From positions 1 through 46,976 of the forward strand of contig JALWDW010000005.1 in assembly GCA_027036675.1 (NCBI GenBank): a stretch of DNA of 46,976 nt, read 5' to 3'. This DNA is from Candidatus Dojkabacteria bacterium. Its GTDB lineage: Bacteria; Patescibacteriota; Dojkabacteria; SC72; JAHDCA01. Each line of letters begins with the position of its first letter. Position 1 is the first letter of the stretch. Position numbers and translations under genes: made by a program. Of this stretch, positions 1 to 9,279 are shown piece after piece. The notes under the pieces were generated by a model. That model did no database searches. It saw nothing but the letters and a program-made list of their open reading frames with translations, and was not told the DNA's origin.

Positions 1-27
1 GGGTATAAGGCGGGGGTCGGCATATTA

Positions 28-36
28 TGCTACAAT
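28..36 (+). promoter_or_regulatory. Extended -10 promoter element (TGcTACAAT) upstream of tyrS
   Basis: The sequence tatgCTACAATacacgc matches the element upstream of tmk (27136-27150) at 16 of 17 positions. The same ATGCTACAAT also occurs before truB. No good -35 is present, which is consistent with an extended -10 promoter. Confidence 0.4.
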
Positions 37-65
37 ACACGCGAATTAAACTAAACACCTGTACC

Positions 66-1193
66 ATGCCCACGAGTAAGAATTTACCGTTGACACAACG
101 TATGGAGCTGATCCAGAGCCTCGCAGAGGAAATCACCGACATCGACGAATTGGAGGCCTTGCTTCGATCCGAAGAAAACCTTTCGTGTTATGACGGGTTT
201 GAACCCTCAGGCAAATTGCATATAGCGCAGGGCACACTGCGAGCCATCAATACAAACAAGATGATCAAAGCAGGGTTCCAGTTTAAGTTCTACGTCGCCG
301 ATTGGTTCGCTCATCTCAACAAAAAACTCGGCGGTGATATGGAAAAAATCCGGATCGCCGGGCAGTATTTTGTGGAAGTGTGGAAAGCCAGCGGGATGAA
401 TTTAGACAATGTCGAATTCATTTGGGCCTCCGACCTTATCAAACAAGACGGTTACTGGGAAACAGTGATGAAAATAGCCGGGACCACGACTCTCAAACGG
501 GTATTACGCACAACACAGATCATGGGGCGTACCGATGGAGATGAGCTTCACGCCTCGCAAATACTTTACCCATGCATGCAGGCCGCCGACATACACCACC
601 TCGGAGTCCAAGTTACTCAACTCGGTCTGGACCAACGCAAGGTCAATATGCTTGCGCGTGAGATATTCCCTTCCCTCGGACTGAAGAAGCCAATCGTCGT
701 CAGCAGTCATATGTTGATGGGACTGCAAAAACCACCGTCAAAAGAAACTACCGATACAATCGAACGCGCCATCGCCATGAAAATGTCTAAATCCAACCCG
801 GACAGCGCGATCTTCATGACTGATCAAGAGGATGATATCAAACGGAAAATCAACAAAGCGTACTGTCCTCCAAATCAAGTGGAAGACAACCCGATACTTG
901 AATACGTGAAATATATTATATTTGAAGCGCATCATCTGATCGGACATGAAAATATACTTGCCGATGGTTTCGTCGTCGAACGACCTGACAAGTTTGGGGG
1001 AGATATAGTGTATCAATCTTACGATGAATTGGAAGACGCTTACGCCAAAGGAGAATTATTCCCGTTGGATTTGAAAAACGCCGTCGCGAAATATCTGAAT
1101 ATCCTCATCAGCCCTGTGCATAAGCATTTCCAGGAAAACAAACAAGCAAACGAGATCATGAAACAAGTGGATTCGTTTGAAATCACAAGGTGA
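66..1193 (+). CDS. tyrS: Tyrosyl-tRNA synthetase, archaeal/eukaryal type
   Basis: This is ORF 27..1193. It resembles M. jannaschii-type TyrRS along its whole length: FEPSGKLHIAQG, TTLKRVLRT, ILYPCMQAADIHHLGV, LGLDQRKVNMLARE, KMSKS, KKAYCP and ERPDKFGGD..SYDELE..ELFPLDLKNAVA. I set the start to ATG 66 because ATG 27 lies upstream of the -10 element at 28-36. ATG 102 is also possible. Confidence 0.9.
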   Translation: MPTSKNLPLTQRMELIQSLAEEITDIDELEALLRSEENLSCYDGFEPSGKLHIAQGTLRAINTNKMIKAGFQFKFYVADWFAHLNKKLGGDMEKIRIAGQYFVEVWKASGMNLDNVEFIWASDLIKQDGYWETVMKIAGTTTLKRVLRTTQIMGRTDGDELHASQILYPCMQAADIHHLGVQVTQLGLDQRKVNMLAREIFPSLGLKKPIVVSSHMLMGLQKPPSKETTDTIERAIAMKMSKSNPDSAIFMTDQEDDIKRKINKAYCPPNQVEDNPILEYVKYIIFEAHHLIGHENILADGFVVERPDKFGGDIVYQSYDELEDAYAKGELFPLDLKNAVAKYLNILISPVHKHFQENKQANEIMKQVDSFEITR

Positions 1194-1216
1194 GAGACAG
1201 CCGGAAATTTGGAAAC

Positions 1217-1289
1217 TGAGAGCGGAGGGACTCGAACCCTCGACCAGCGGGTTAAAAGCCCGATGCTCTACCAACTGAGCTACGCTCCC
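1217..1289 (-). tRNA. tRNA-Lys (anticodon UUU)
   Basis: The minus-strand 73-mer is GGGAGCGTAGCTCAGTTGGTAGAGCATCGGGCTTTTAACCCGCTGGTCGAGGGTTCGAGTCCCTCCGCTCTCA. It has a 7-bp acceptor stem with one G-U pair, a D arm GCTC/GAGC, an anticodon loop CTTTTAA and a T arm GAGGG-TTCGAGT-CCCTC. The 3' CCA is not encoded. Confidence 0.9.
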
Positions 1290-1333
1290 GATCGATTTCG
1301 AAATTACGCAGTAGTATACAAAAAAACACTACC

Positions 1334-1966
1334 CTACTCAAGCACTTTGTTGATAAACCGGTCCAAAACCGCAGTGAAGCTCTGATCAGGCACAAAGTTT
1401 GAATTTATTGGAATATACGAGTCGGGATTTTGTGCGGTTTGTGCACATTTTGTGCAAACCGACGTCATTTCAACCGGGTTCAAAGAAAGCCCGGCCCCCT
1501 TCTCCAATTGCTCCCCGCACACAGAGCATGTTTTCAAATCCGGCAGATAACCGAAATATCGCAATGCCAACAGCATAAAACGATTTGTTTTCTCTGCGTC
1601 AAAATCAGTTCTCAATAATTTTAGAAGCACGTCAAAAACCTCCTGCTCCGCTGAATCTTCAGGCACCAATTTCGTCATCAGATTCAATACCCTATGTATA
1701 TTCAATTGCTCCATATTCGCGTAATCAGGTGTATACAAGTTTTCACCGCGTCGCAGATGATACATATTTTTACCTGGGTAAACGATGAACGTATTGTAAG
1801 ACAATGTCTGTACTCCGGATCTGTTTTTGCTTTCCATTTTGCGAACCCCTTTTGCAAAGATTTTGATCAACCCACGCTCACGGGTAAACACTGTCAATAT
1901 CTTATCCGCCTCCGAAAAATTGACCGATTTGATGACAATACCGTGGAACTTCTGTATCCGTTGCAT
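1334..1966 (-). CDS. recO: DNA repair protein RecO
   Basis: ORF 1334..2134 is trimmed to ATG 1966 (MQRIQKFHGIVIK), which lies 4 nt after the stop of the upstream gene. It has an OB-fold-like N-terminus (VNFSEADKILTVFTRERGLIKIFAKG) and a C-terminal CxxC..CxxC pair (CSVCG...CTKC). Confidence 0.8.
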   Translation of the reverse strand: MQRIQKFHGIVIKSVNFSEADKILTVFTRERGLIKIFAKGVRKMESKNRSGVQTLSYNTFIVYPGKNMYHLRRGENLYTPDYANMEQLNIHRVLNLMTKLVPEDSAEQEVFDVLLKLLRTDFDAEKTNRFMLLALRYFGYLPDLKTCSVCGEQLEKGAGLSLNPVEMTSVCTKCAQTAQNPDSYIPINSNFVPDQSFTAVLDRFINKVLE

Positions 1967-1970
1967 TTTT

Positions 1971-3104
1971 TCAGAACTCCAATTTATCGAGGAAAACCCT
2001 TTTATCAAAACGGATGGCATTTTGCCTGCATGATTCGGGGGTAATATCAGTGGATAATTTTTCTTCAAACAATCTGATGGCTTCAGCCATAGCGGTGGCC
2101 GTGTATTCATCGAAAAAGACACCGCTACGCCCATCTGCGATCGTTTCCGTTACACCCCCGCCTTTGTAAGCGATCACCGGTACGCCCGCATAATTCGCTT
2201 CCACAGGCACCAAACCGAAGTCCTCATCCCGCACCGGGTACAAAAGCGCAGTGCACCTGGCAAACAACGATTTCTTTGTATTATCTGAAACAAATCCCAG
2301 GAACTTAATCAACTTACCGGCTTTGTGCAATTTCACAATTTTCCGCAATCTGTCTTCGTCACCTCCGGTACCGGCTATATACAGTTTTCTACCAAGTATG
2401 ATGCATGCCCTGATAGCCAATTCCACCCCTTTGTAACTTTCCAACCGACCAAAATATAGATAAAACCGCTCAGGGCGGCGGTCAATCGAAACTTCTTCGA
2501 AATTCACCGGCGGATACAGTACGGTTGATTCCACACCATAAAACTTTTCGATCCGAATTTGCACAGCATCGGAATTTGCATAGACCTTGTCAGCCAAAGT
2601 TACGGCTTCTCGGTCTTGTCTACGCCAGCCGGGGTGTAAAAAACGGCTTAGTGCAGACTTATAGATCCGATACAGCAAATTGGATGAATGCCGCATAGAG
2701 CGAGTCTTCATCCAAAGAAATCTTGGCGGGGTCATGATATGCAACACCGTATACGGTTTTCGGGCAGACTCACGGATACCGCGCAGGACCTGCTTCTCAA
2801 AACCGTCGGACAATATAAATACCTTATCATAGGAAGATATATCCATATGTTTGTACAAAAACCCTTGCAACGGGATCCAGATCGGATGGCGTTTGACGAA
2901 AATGGGTAATTTGTCGAACCACGTCGTCTTGATAGTCCGGCCGGGGAAGAGTTTTTGAGCCAATTTCATGTCCGCCCATGCTGTCATGATGATCGCATCG
3001 GGGTATTTGTCGCTTACCACCTTCAGATGCAATTCCGCACCGCCGTAAGTATGTAGAGGATGTATGACCAATGCTCTTTTTGCTTGAGTTTCGGATTCGA
3101 CCAC
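1971..3104 (-). CDS. Glycosyltransferase, GT-B fold, family 4-like
   Basis: It carries the C-terminal nucleotide-sugar binding region EDFGLVPVEANYAGVPVIAYKGGGVTETI (E-x7-E type). Confidence 0.85.
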   Translation of the reverse strand: MVESETQAKRALVIHPLHTYGGAELHLKVVSDKYPDAIIMTAWADMKLAQKLFPGRTIKTTWFDKLPIFVKRHPIWIPLQGFLYKHMDISSYDKVFILSDGFEKQVLRGIRESARKPYTVLHIMTPPRFLWMKTRSMRHSSNLLYRIYKSALSRFLHPGWRRQDREAVTLADKVYANSDAVQIRIEKFYGVESTVLYPPVNFEEVSIDRRPERFYLYFGRLESYKGVELAIRACIILGRKLYIAGTGGDEDRLRKIVKLHKAGKLIKFLGFVSDNTKKSLFARCTALLYPVRDEDFGLVPVEANYAGVPVIAYKGGGVTETIADGRSGVFFDEYTATAMAEAIRLFEEKLSTDITPESCRQNAIRFDKRVFLDKLEF

Positions 3105-3115
3105 GATTCATTATA

Positions 3116-4324
3116 TCACCGTAGAGTGTCTGCAATGCAATTTTCCATACCGTGTCGCTTCACGACCTTGTCTACGGCCTCCGTTATGCGTCGTACAAAC
3201 TCGTCCCTGCCATAAAGTTCCGCCCTCCGCCTAAGTGCATCCCGCCTAAACTGCGTTGACTCGAAACCGTCCATGATATCCGCCAGTTGTGCGGTCGTAT
3301 GAAAAATATACCCATACTTTGATCGACATGGAGGCTTGTCAGTAGGTGCGAAGTCCAATACCTCACGTATGGCGCCTCTATCATAGCCGATCACAGGACA
3401 TCCGTATGACAAAGCCTCCACGGTCACAAGGCCAAAATCCTCCTCCGTTGGAAACACCACCGCTTGCGCCTGACGGTACAATCCGATAAGCTCCGAGTCC
3501 GAAACATGCCCCGTAAAATAGATATTGTCGTGGCCTTTGGCAAGCCTCTTCAGACGTTTCGTGGCGGGACCGCGCCCCGTGATCAGCAAGTGCTTCCCTG
3601 TCTTGATACCCGCACGAATCGCAGTCGCTATGTTTTTGTAATCGTAATGCCTTGCCACAACCAAGAAGAATTCCTCCGGCAACGACTTTCCCTCCGTTAC
3701 CGACACTGCGGTTTCGACATCGCCGGTCAATGTGGTGCACGGGTAAATAACTTCGTCAGGTGTCCGCCTATAGTACTTCTCAATCTTCTGCGATATATAT
3801 TGGGAAATCGCTATCATATAATCAATCTTCTGCGCATAAATATAATCATATATGCGTGCCGTATGTCTTATCCGCAAAGCCACCGGCGACAAAAGCTTCC
3901 TCAACAAACCCCGGCCCACATTCAATTCCCCATCCCATAAAAACCTCGGCGGAGTCAGGATAATACCGATATGAGGAGTACTGTAATCCGTGACGATCCT
4001 TTTGGATACTCCGGCCGAAACTGAAATCACCATATCGTATCCCGAGGTATCGTAATTCTCAAACCCCATATATGCCACCGAGTTGAAATAACGGTATATC
4101 TTCCTGACAAAAGGAAGTTTTTGGATAAAAGTTGTTTTGATTTTGCTGACATACTCTTCAGAATATTCATAGTTTTCCGGGAAAAACACCGTAGTCAGTA
4201 CCTCTGCAGAGGGGAATATATCAACCAATGCCTCGACCAAGCGATCAGCTCCGCCGGGCGACGCCATCCAATCGGTCGTGATCAGGACCTTCAAGTCCTT
4301 AGTCGATTTGTGTGAATTCCGCAT
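3116..4324 (-). CDS. Glycosyltransferase, GT-B fold, family 4-like
   Basis: It contains EEDFGLVTVEALSYGCPVIGYDRGAIREVL. The longest ORF starts at GTG 4348. I prefer ATG 4324 (MRNSHKSTKDLKVLITTDW), which lies 7 nt downstream of a perfect TATAAT at 4332-4337. Confidence 0.85.
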   Translation of the reverse strand: MRNSHKSTKDLKVLITTDWMASPGGADRLVEALVDIFPSAEVLTTVFFPENYEYSEEYVSKIKTTFIQKLPFVRKIYRYFNSVAYMGFENYDTSGYDMVISVSAGVSKRIVTDYSTPHIGIILTPPRFLWDGELNVGRGLLRKLLSPVALRIRHTARIYDYIYAQKIDYMIAISQYISQKIEKYYRRTPDEVIYPCTTLTGDVETAVSVTEGKSLPEEFFLVVARHYDYKNIATAIRAGIKTGKHLLITGRGPATKRLKRLAKGHDNIYFTGHVSDSELIGLYRQAQAVVFPTEEDFGLVTVEALSYGCPVIGYDRGAIREVLDFAPTDKPPCRSKYGYIFHTTAQLADIMDGFESTQFRRDALRRRAELYGRDEFVRRITEAVDKVVKRHGMENCIADTLR

Positions 4325-4380
4325 GATAGAGATTATACCCCAGAACACACCGATCCCCTAAATTCTATTTTCGCGACGGC

Positions 4381-4700
4381 GAAGCCGGTCTGCGTCCCCG
4401 AGGCAGAGCCCAACCTTTGGAGTGAATGCCTGTCTCTACGGGACTGGCAGATGAAAATCCGTGACTTTGCGTGTACGTAAAAGTTCCCAAGTGCACTGCG
4501 CATCCCTCTCAGTACAGTGATAGAGCTTTTGAGAATGTCCCTGCCGATGCATGTACGACACAACAAGCTTACGACGAGCGAAGCCGGGCTTCGATCCCAT
4601 GGTAGTGCCCCAACCTTTGGAGCAAAAGGCTGAGCCCGCAATAAGAAAAAACCGTGGCTGTGCACTCATGCGCGAGAGGACGAGCATACAGCCTCTCCCA
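4381..4700. repeat. Two diverged tandem copies of a ~200-bp noncoding unit (4381-4579 and 4580-~4700)
   Basis: Both units begin with GAAGCCGG. Both carry the identical 14-mer CCCAACCTTTGGAG exactly 200 bp apart (4409-4422 and 4609-4622). Further shared blocks follow: AAAATCCGTGAC / AAAAACCGTGGC and GTGCACT..GCGC. Unit 2 starts with the perfect 7-1-7 palindrome CGAAGCCGGGCTTCG (4579-4593). Confidence 0.7.
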
Positions 4701-4733
4701 CGACCCTACGGTCGGGGACTTACGCCGGAGGGA

Positions 4734-5330
4734 CTAAAGGGAAGGTAAACTATCATCATCGCCCATCATCGCATTTGCCAGGGCTTCGACATCCTCACCA
4801 TCGGATGACTCATCCAACAACGCAAGAGCGTCCTCAAGATCCACATTATTTTCTGACTCGCCATCATCCGAACCGGTACCATAATCCGTAGCATCCTCCG
4901 GGAATATATCATCCAATTCAGACGCAAAGGCCACAATATCCGAGTCAAGCCCCAGGCTGTCCACAGCAGCTTCTTCTATCGCTTCCACAGAGTCGCGCCG
5001 CTTCCCCACCCCAGCCTTTGGCGACATCGCACCGCTTATCTGAATCTCAACATCATCTGCACCGTCGTCAAAATCTTCACCCACAAAATGAGAAGTCTTA
5101 CGTGTCGTTTTGGCATTTTTCTTGGATTGCAAAAGATCGAGGTACTTTTCAGCTTCATCGTCAAATTTCTCGATCACCTCTAGGACACGCAATGACGGAG
5201 GACAAATCATATACGATTGATTTTCGTCCGGGTCCACCATAGGATCGTTGGGCGCAAACACTATGATTTGCACCCTCTTGCGTTTGGCATTCGCAACGTC
5301 CTTGACTTTTCGTGTTTTTGGGGCAGCCAT
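4734..5330 (-). CDS. Hypothetical protein with a basic N-terminus and a strongly acidic C-terminal half
   Basis: This is a 198-aa ORF in the same orientation as secA and just downstream of it. The N-terminus is MAAPKTRKVKDVANAKRKR and the C-terminal half is D/E-rich (SDDGESENNVDLEDALALLDESSDGEDVE). I recognised no family. Confidence 0.55.
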   Translation of the reverse strand: MAAPKTRKVKDVANAKRKRVQIIVFAPNDPMVDPDENQSYMICPPSLRVLEVIEKFDDEAEKYLDLLQSKKNAKTTRKTSHFVGEDFDDGADDVEIQISGAMSPKAGVGKRRDSVEAIEEAAVDSLGLDSDIVAFASELDDIFPEDATDYGTGSDDGESENNVDLEDALALLDESSDGEDVEALANAMMGDDDSLPSL

Positions 5331-5416
5331 AAAAACACTTTATATATTAAAAACTCTATCCTTCTATGAAAGAATAGCATATCGGAATACGTATAGCAAA
5401 CACCCTATAGCCACTG

Positions 5417-8400
5417 TCAATTCTTACCGTGGCACTTTTTATATTTTTTGCCACTACCGCATGGGCACGGATCATTTCGACCAACCTTGCGAACATTGCG
5501 TACGGTAGTTTGCTTACCGGCAGTGGAATTACTCGCATTTTCTTTCCCATGTACGCGCAATACCTTTTGCACCGCATCTTGTGTGGCCTCCTCCGTCGAT
5601 TGTCGTCTAAACTGTGTTGACGGAGCGGGATGAGTATCCGTCACCTGAGCTGGAGGTCGAGATTGCCTGATCATCCTGATTTTGTAAAATCGCCCGATGA
5701 CTTGTTCTTCCACGTTGCGTAACATCTGTTCAAACAACGAGAAACCTTCATTTTTGTACTCAACCAACGGGTCCTTCTGAGCAAAACTCCTCATATTTAT
5801 CCCCTCGCGCAAATCTTGCATCGTATCCAGGTGTTCCATCCAGATCTGGTCCAAAGTATCTAGCAGAAGTACTTTGGAAAGTCGCGTAAGATTTGGTTCG
5901 CGCAACGACTTCGCATGGAAAATATACGCAGCTAATATCAATTTCAACAATAAGTTCTCTTTTTCGACGGTATCATCAAAGTTATGAACCGCATCCATCA
6001 AGTCTGAAAAACTTTCATACCCGAGCAGGCCTGCGGAAATTTTCGCAAGATCTTCACCTAAAAGGCTTTTGACAGCTGTCTCTACATTTTTCTCTTCAGC
6101 GTCATCCACCTGCATGTCATCACGCAATTGATTCGCAAACAAGGTTCGTACGTACTCTACAGTCTTTTTCAGCACCCACAAAGCGTTTGGCGAATCGATT
6201 CCCAACTCCGAAAGTACCGGTACTTCCCATGTTTTGTCATTGCGCAATTCAAATTTATCCAAGTGCTCCAAGACATGAGCGATATCCATATCTTGTATTT
6301 GATTTCGGAGCTCCTGGACTGTTTTGGCATCCAGCGGTTCGTTGGGTTGAAGGTCTTGCCCGTCATCTCTTGTTTTGGCCACCTCTAGGATATGCCTTCG
6401 CAGTGAGTAAATTATATTTCTTTGTTGATTCAGCACATCGTCGTATTCGACAAGTCTTTTTCGAGTGTCATAGTTGTAAGCTTCCACTTTCTTTTGAGCG
6501 TTTTCGATTGTTTTGCCCAAAAGCTTGACGGATACCGGCATATCGTCGGACATCCCCACCTTACTCATGATATTCGCCATGGAATCACCTCCAAACAGAC
6601 GCATCAGTTCATCTTCAAAAGACACATAGAAACGAGATAAACCAGGATCGCCTTGTCGTCCGGACCGTCCGCGAAGCTGGTTGTCGATTCGCCTTGATTC
6701 GTGCCTTTCAGAACCTATGACATAGAGTCCGCCCAATTCAGCGACTCCTTCGCCCAACGCTATATCCGTACCACGTCCGGCCATATTTGTAGCGATCGTC
6801 ACCTGCCCTTTTTGCCCTGCTTCACGCACTATTGCCGCCTCTTTCTCGTGTTGTTTGGCGTTCAACACATTATGCGGTATTCCCTCTTTGGCCAGCATAT
6901 CCGACAATCTTTCCGACTTTTCGATAGATGTCGTGCCCACAAGTACAGGTTGTCCCCTTTTGTGAGCTTCGATGATATCTCGCGCTATCGCCCTAAACTT
7001 GCCCTGCTCCGTCCGATATACCATGTCCGTTTTATCTTCCCGGATGACGGGCTTATTGGTCGGGATCACCACCACATCCAGATCGTAGATATTGGCGAAC
7101 TCTTCGGCCTCGGTCAACGCAGTCGCCGTCATACCGGCCAAATGCTCGTACAAACGGAAATAATTTTGCAATGTGATCGTTGCCAGTGTCCGCGATTCTT
7201 TCTTGACCTCCACGCCCTCTTTCGCTTCGATAGCCTGATGTAAACCTTCGGAAAACCTCCTACCTTCCATTGCCCTGCCTGTGAACTCGTCGATAATGAT
7301 GACTTCCCCGTCACGCACGATATATTCATCGTCCAATTTGTACAACCCGCGGGCTTTCAATGCATTGTCCAGATGATAGGCTAGTTGTGCGTCTTCATAC
7401 AAATTTGATACTCCCAGCGTTTTTTCCACCTTGGAGACACCTTGTTCGGTCAATAGTACGGCCCTGTCCTTTTCATCTACAGTGAAGTCTTCCTCTGGGA
7501 CGAGGTCGCGGACTATGGCCGCAAATTTCACGTACAGTTGATTGGAATCCGATGCGTTTTGCGAGATGATCAACGGCGTCCTGGCTTCATCTATAAGTAC
7601 CGAGTCCGCCTCGTCGATTATTGCGTAATGTAACCTCTTTTGCACACGTTCCGCAAGTGTCTTAGCCATATTGTCACGCAGATAATCGAAACCGAATTCA
7701 TTGTTTGTACCGTATACTATGTCGCAGTTGTAAACCTCTTTCTTGTCGACCTTCAACAGATTTGATCCATTCAACATATCTGTTTTCAAGATCCCCTTTT
7801 CCGTCGCTCGTCGTTGCCTTTCTTGCACCAATTCGTATGCTTCCGCGCCTTTAAGATCTTTGACATCTTCGTCAGGTATGAATTTGTACTGTTCATTGTT
7901 GTTGATAGCACCGACGCTTATACCGAGTGAATGTAGGATATAGCCGTTCCATTCGGCATGCAATCTTGCGAGATAATCGTTAACTGTGACCAAGTGGGCG
8001 CCCTTACCAGTCAAAGCGTATACATACAGAGGGAGATTGGCGGCGTTTGTTTTACCTTCACCTGTGAAAAGCTCTATCAATTTGCCATGGAAAAGGAAGT
8101 ATCCTGCGATGACCTGGACGTCAAAATGCCTATGGTTTGCTACACGTTTGGTAGCTTCTCGCACAACGGCAAAAGCTTCCGGCAATATTTCATTCAATAC
8201 CTCCCGTTCTTTTTTCAACTCCTCGGCCGTGTACTGATACGTGGGATCACCCGCTTTTTCCGGATCGTAATTCAGCATCTCGCGAAACTTCACAGTCCTT
8301 GCGGCCAGTTCATCATCGGAGAGAGCCGATATTTCCGGTTCCCAAGCGTTTACTTGCTCAAGAAACTTGTATCCCGCTTTAAGCTCCTTTTCATTGCTAT

Positions 8401-8437
8401 CGAACAATTTGGTCAATTTTTCCACTACACCCAGCAT
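5417..8437 (-). CDS. secA: Preprotein translocase ATPase SecA
   Basis: The ORF is 1006 aa. It has TGEGKT (Walker A), [29 protein letters not shown] and the C-terminal zinc finger [14 protein letters not shown]. Confidence 0.97.
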   Translation of the reverse strand: MLGVVEKLTKLFDSNEKELKAGYKFLEQVNAWEPEISALSDDELAARTVKFREMLNYDPEKAGDPTYQYTAEELKKEREVLNEILPEAFAVVREATKRVANHRHFDVQVIAGYFLFHGKLIELFTGEGKTNAANLPLYVYALTGKGAHLVTVNDYLARLHAEWNGYILHSLGISVGAINNNEQYKFIPDEDVKDLKGAEAYELVQERQRRATEKGILKTDMLNGSNLLKVDKKEVYNCDIVYGTNNEFGFDYLRDNMAKTLAERVQKRLHYAIIDEADSVLIDEARTPLIISQNASDSNQLYVKFAAIVRDLVPEEDFTVDEKDRAVLLTEQGVSKVEKTLGVSNLYEDAQLAYHLDNALKARGLYKLDDEYIVRDGEVIIIDEFTGRAMEGRRFSEGLHQAIEAKEGVEVKKESRTLATITLQNYFRLYEHLAGMTATALTEAEEFANIYDLDVVVIPTNKPVIREDKTDMVYRTEQGKFRAIARDIIEAHKRGQPVLVGTTSIEKSERLSDMLAKEGIPHNVLNAKQHEKEAAIVREAGQKGQVTIATNMAGRGTDIALGEGVAELGGLYVIGSERHESRRIDNQLRGRSGRQGDPGLSRFYVSFEDELMRLFGGDSMANIMSKVGMSDDMPVSVKLLGKTIENAQKKVEAYNYDTRKRLVEYDDVLNQQRNIIYSLRRHILEVAKTRDDGQDLQPNEPLDAKTVQELRNQIQDMDIAHVLEHLDKFELRNDKTWEVPVLSELGIDSPNALWVLKKTVEYVRTLFANQLRDDMQVDDAEEKNVETAVKSLLGEDLAKISAGLLGYESFSDLMDAVHNFDDTVEKENLLLKLILAAYIFHAKSLREPNLTRLSKVLLLDTLDQIWMEHLDTMQDLREGINMRSFAQKDPLVEYKNEGFSLFEQMLRNVEEQVIGRFYKIRMIRQSRPPAQVTDTHPAPSTQFRRQSTEEATQDAVQKVLRVHGKENASNSTAGKQTTVRNVRKVGRNDPCPCGSGKKYKKCHGKN

Positions 8438-8474
8438 ACTATCTGTTACCTACATAAATTAATACTACACGGCA

Positions 8475-8483
8475 AGTATATCA
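8475..8483 (-). promoter_or_regulatory. Candidate extended -10 promoter (TGaTATACT) for secA
   Basis: The minus strand reads ccaTGATATACTtgcc about 38-46 nt upstream of the secA ATG. The AAGCCGGGCTT palindrome (8495-8505) lies immediately upstream, in the -35 region. Confidence 0.35.
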
Positions 8484-9279
8484 TGGATACTCCCAAGCCG
8501 GGCTTCGTACCCGGGGTTAAACCCCACCCTTGTTATAGGTAAGCCTGACCTCATGGGAATAGTACCTGCAAAATCAGGATTTTCGACATCATTGCAGACA
8601 AATTGAGACACGCGGTTGACGCCTTCACCAAAGCTTTTGTGATACACATCATGTTCGTAATTCGAAATATCCTATGACTACAAGGGTTGTTCTATCGCCT
8701 ACTGTTTTCTTGCCTGGGATGTAGAAATCCGTATACTTCCGAGCAAATGCCTGGAGAGCCTACACGCCCTGAACCCAATGACAGAGCACAATCCCACAAG
8801 TAATGGGGAAGTATTGCCGACGCGACCGGTTGGCAGGGTTCTCATCCACGACAATAAAACCTCTGTAACATCACGATCCGGCTACCGACAATATAAACTC
8901 CACCTGCCAGGATCTACTCTCGCTACATTAGGAGTATCTACATCAGCGAGGGACTAAGGAGCAGACCATTTCGAGACATCCGTACTCAGCACGGAATATA
9001 TCGGACTGCGAGCCAAAGTCACTATTTTTAGTAACCGTTTTTGGCCTTTAACCCTGAATTCTTAAGTCATCGAACAATTACGTGGCATTATAGGCCAGTT
9101 ATCGTACTTCGACCGTGAGTACGAGATTTTGCAATCATGGCAGGGTGCAAGTAAACGGCAGTGATTAAGCGTGATTACATACGCACACCAAATGTACGAA
9201 TATTTAATTTCAAATTCAGAGATATTTCATATCCGTTTGTTATTCTCTGATCAAGAAATTATATTTTTGACGATTACCT

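Noticed and set aside
27-65. N-terminal extensions given by the longest-ORF calls (tyrS from 27, recO from 2134, mraZ from 24599, tmk-like from 27106, the rubredoxin-like gene from 44390)
   Set aside because: The extensions overlap upstream genes, promoter -10 elements or the MraZ operator. They add residues absent from the homologues I recall. Internal ATGs restore canonical N-termini.
4349-4733. RNase P RNA, tmRNA or SRP RNA in this ~385-nt structured gap (also considered for 38152-38660 and 24543-25793)
   Set aside because: I checked both strands by eye. I found no GAGGAAAGUCC / ACAGAAnCCGGCUUA P4 pair and no tmRNA features (GGGG..UUCGAC 5' end, tag ORF ending in AA-stop, or CCA-proximal T-arm). 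I also found no SRP GGAAGCAGCC-type domain IV. Only weak resemblances were seen, such as GGAACCCATGGATTA at 38528-38542. A covariance-model scan should confirm this.
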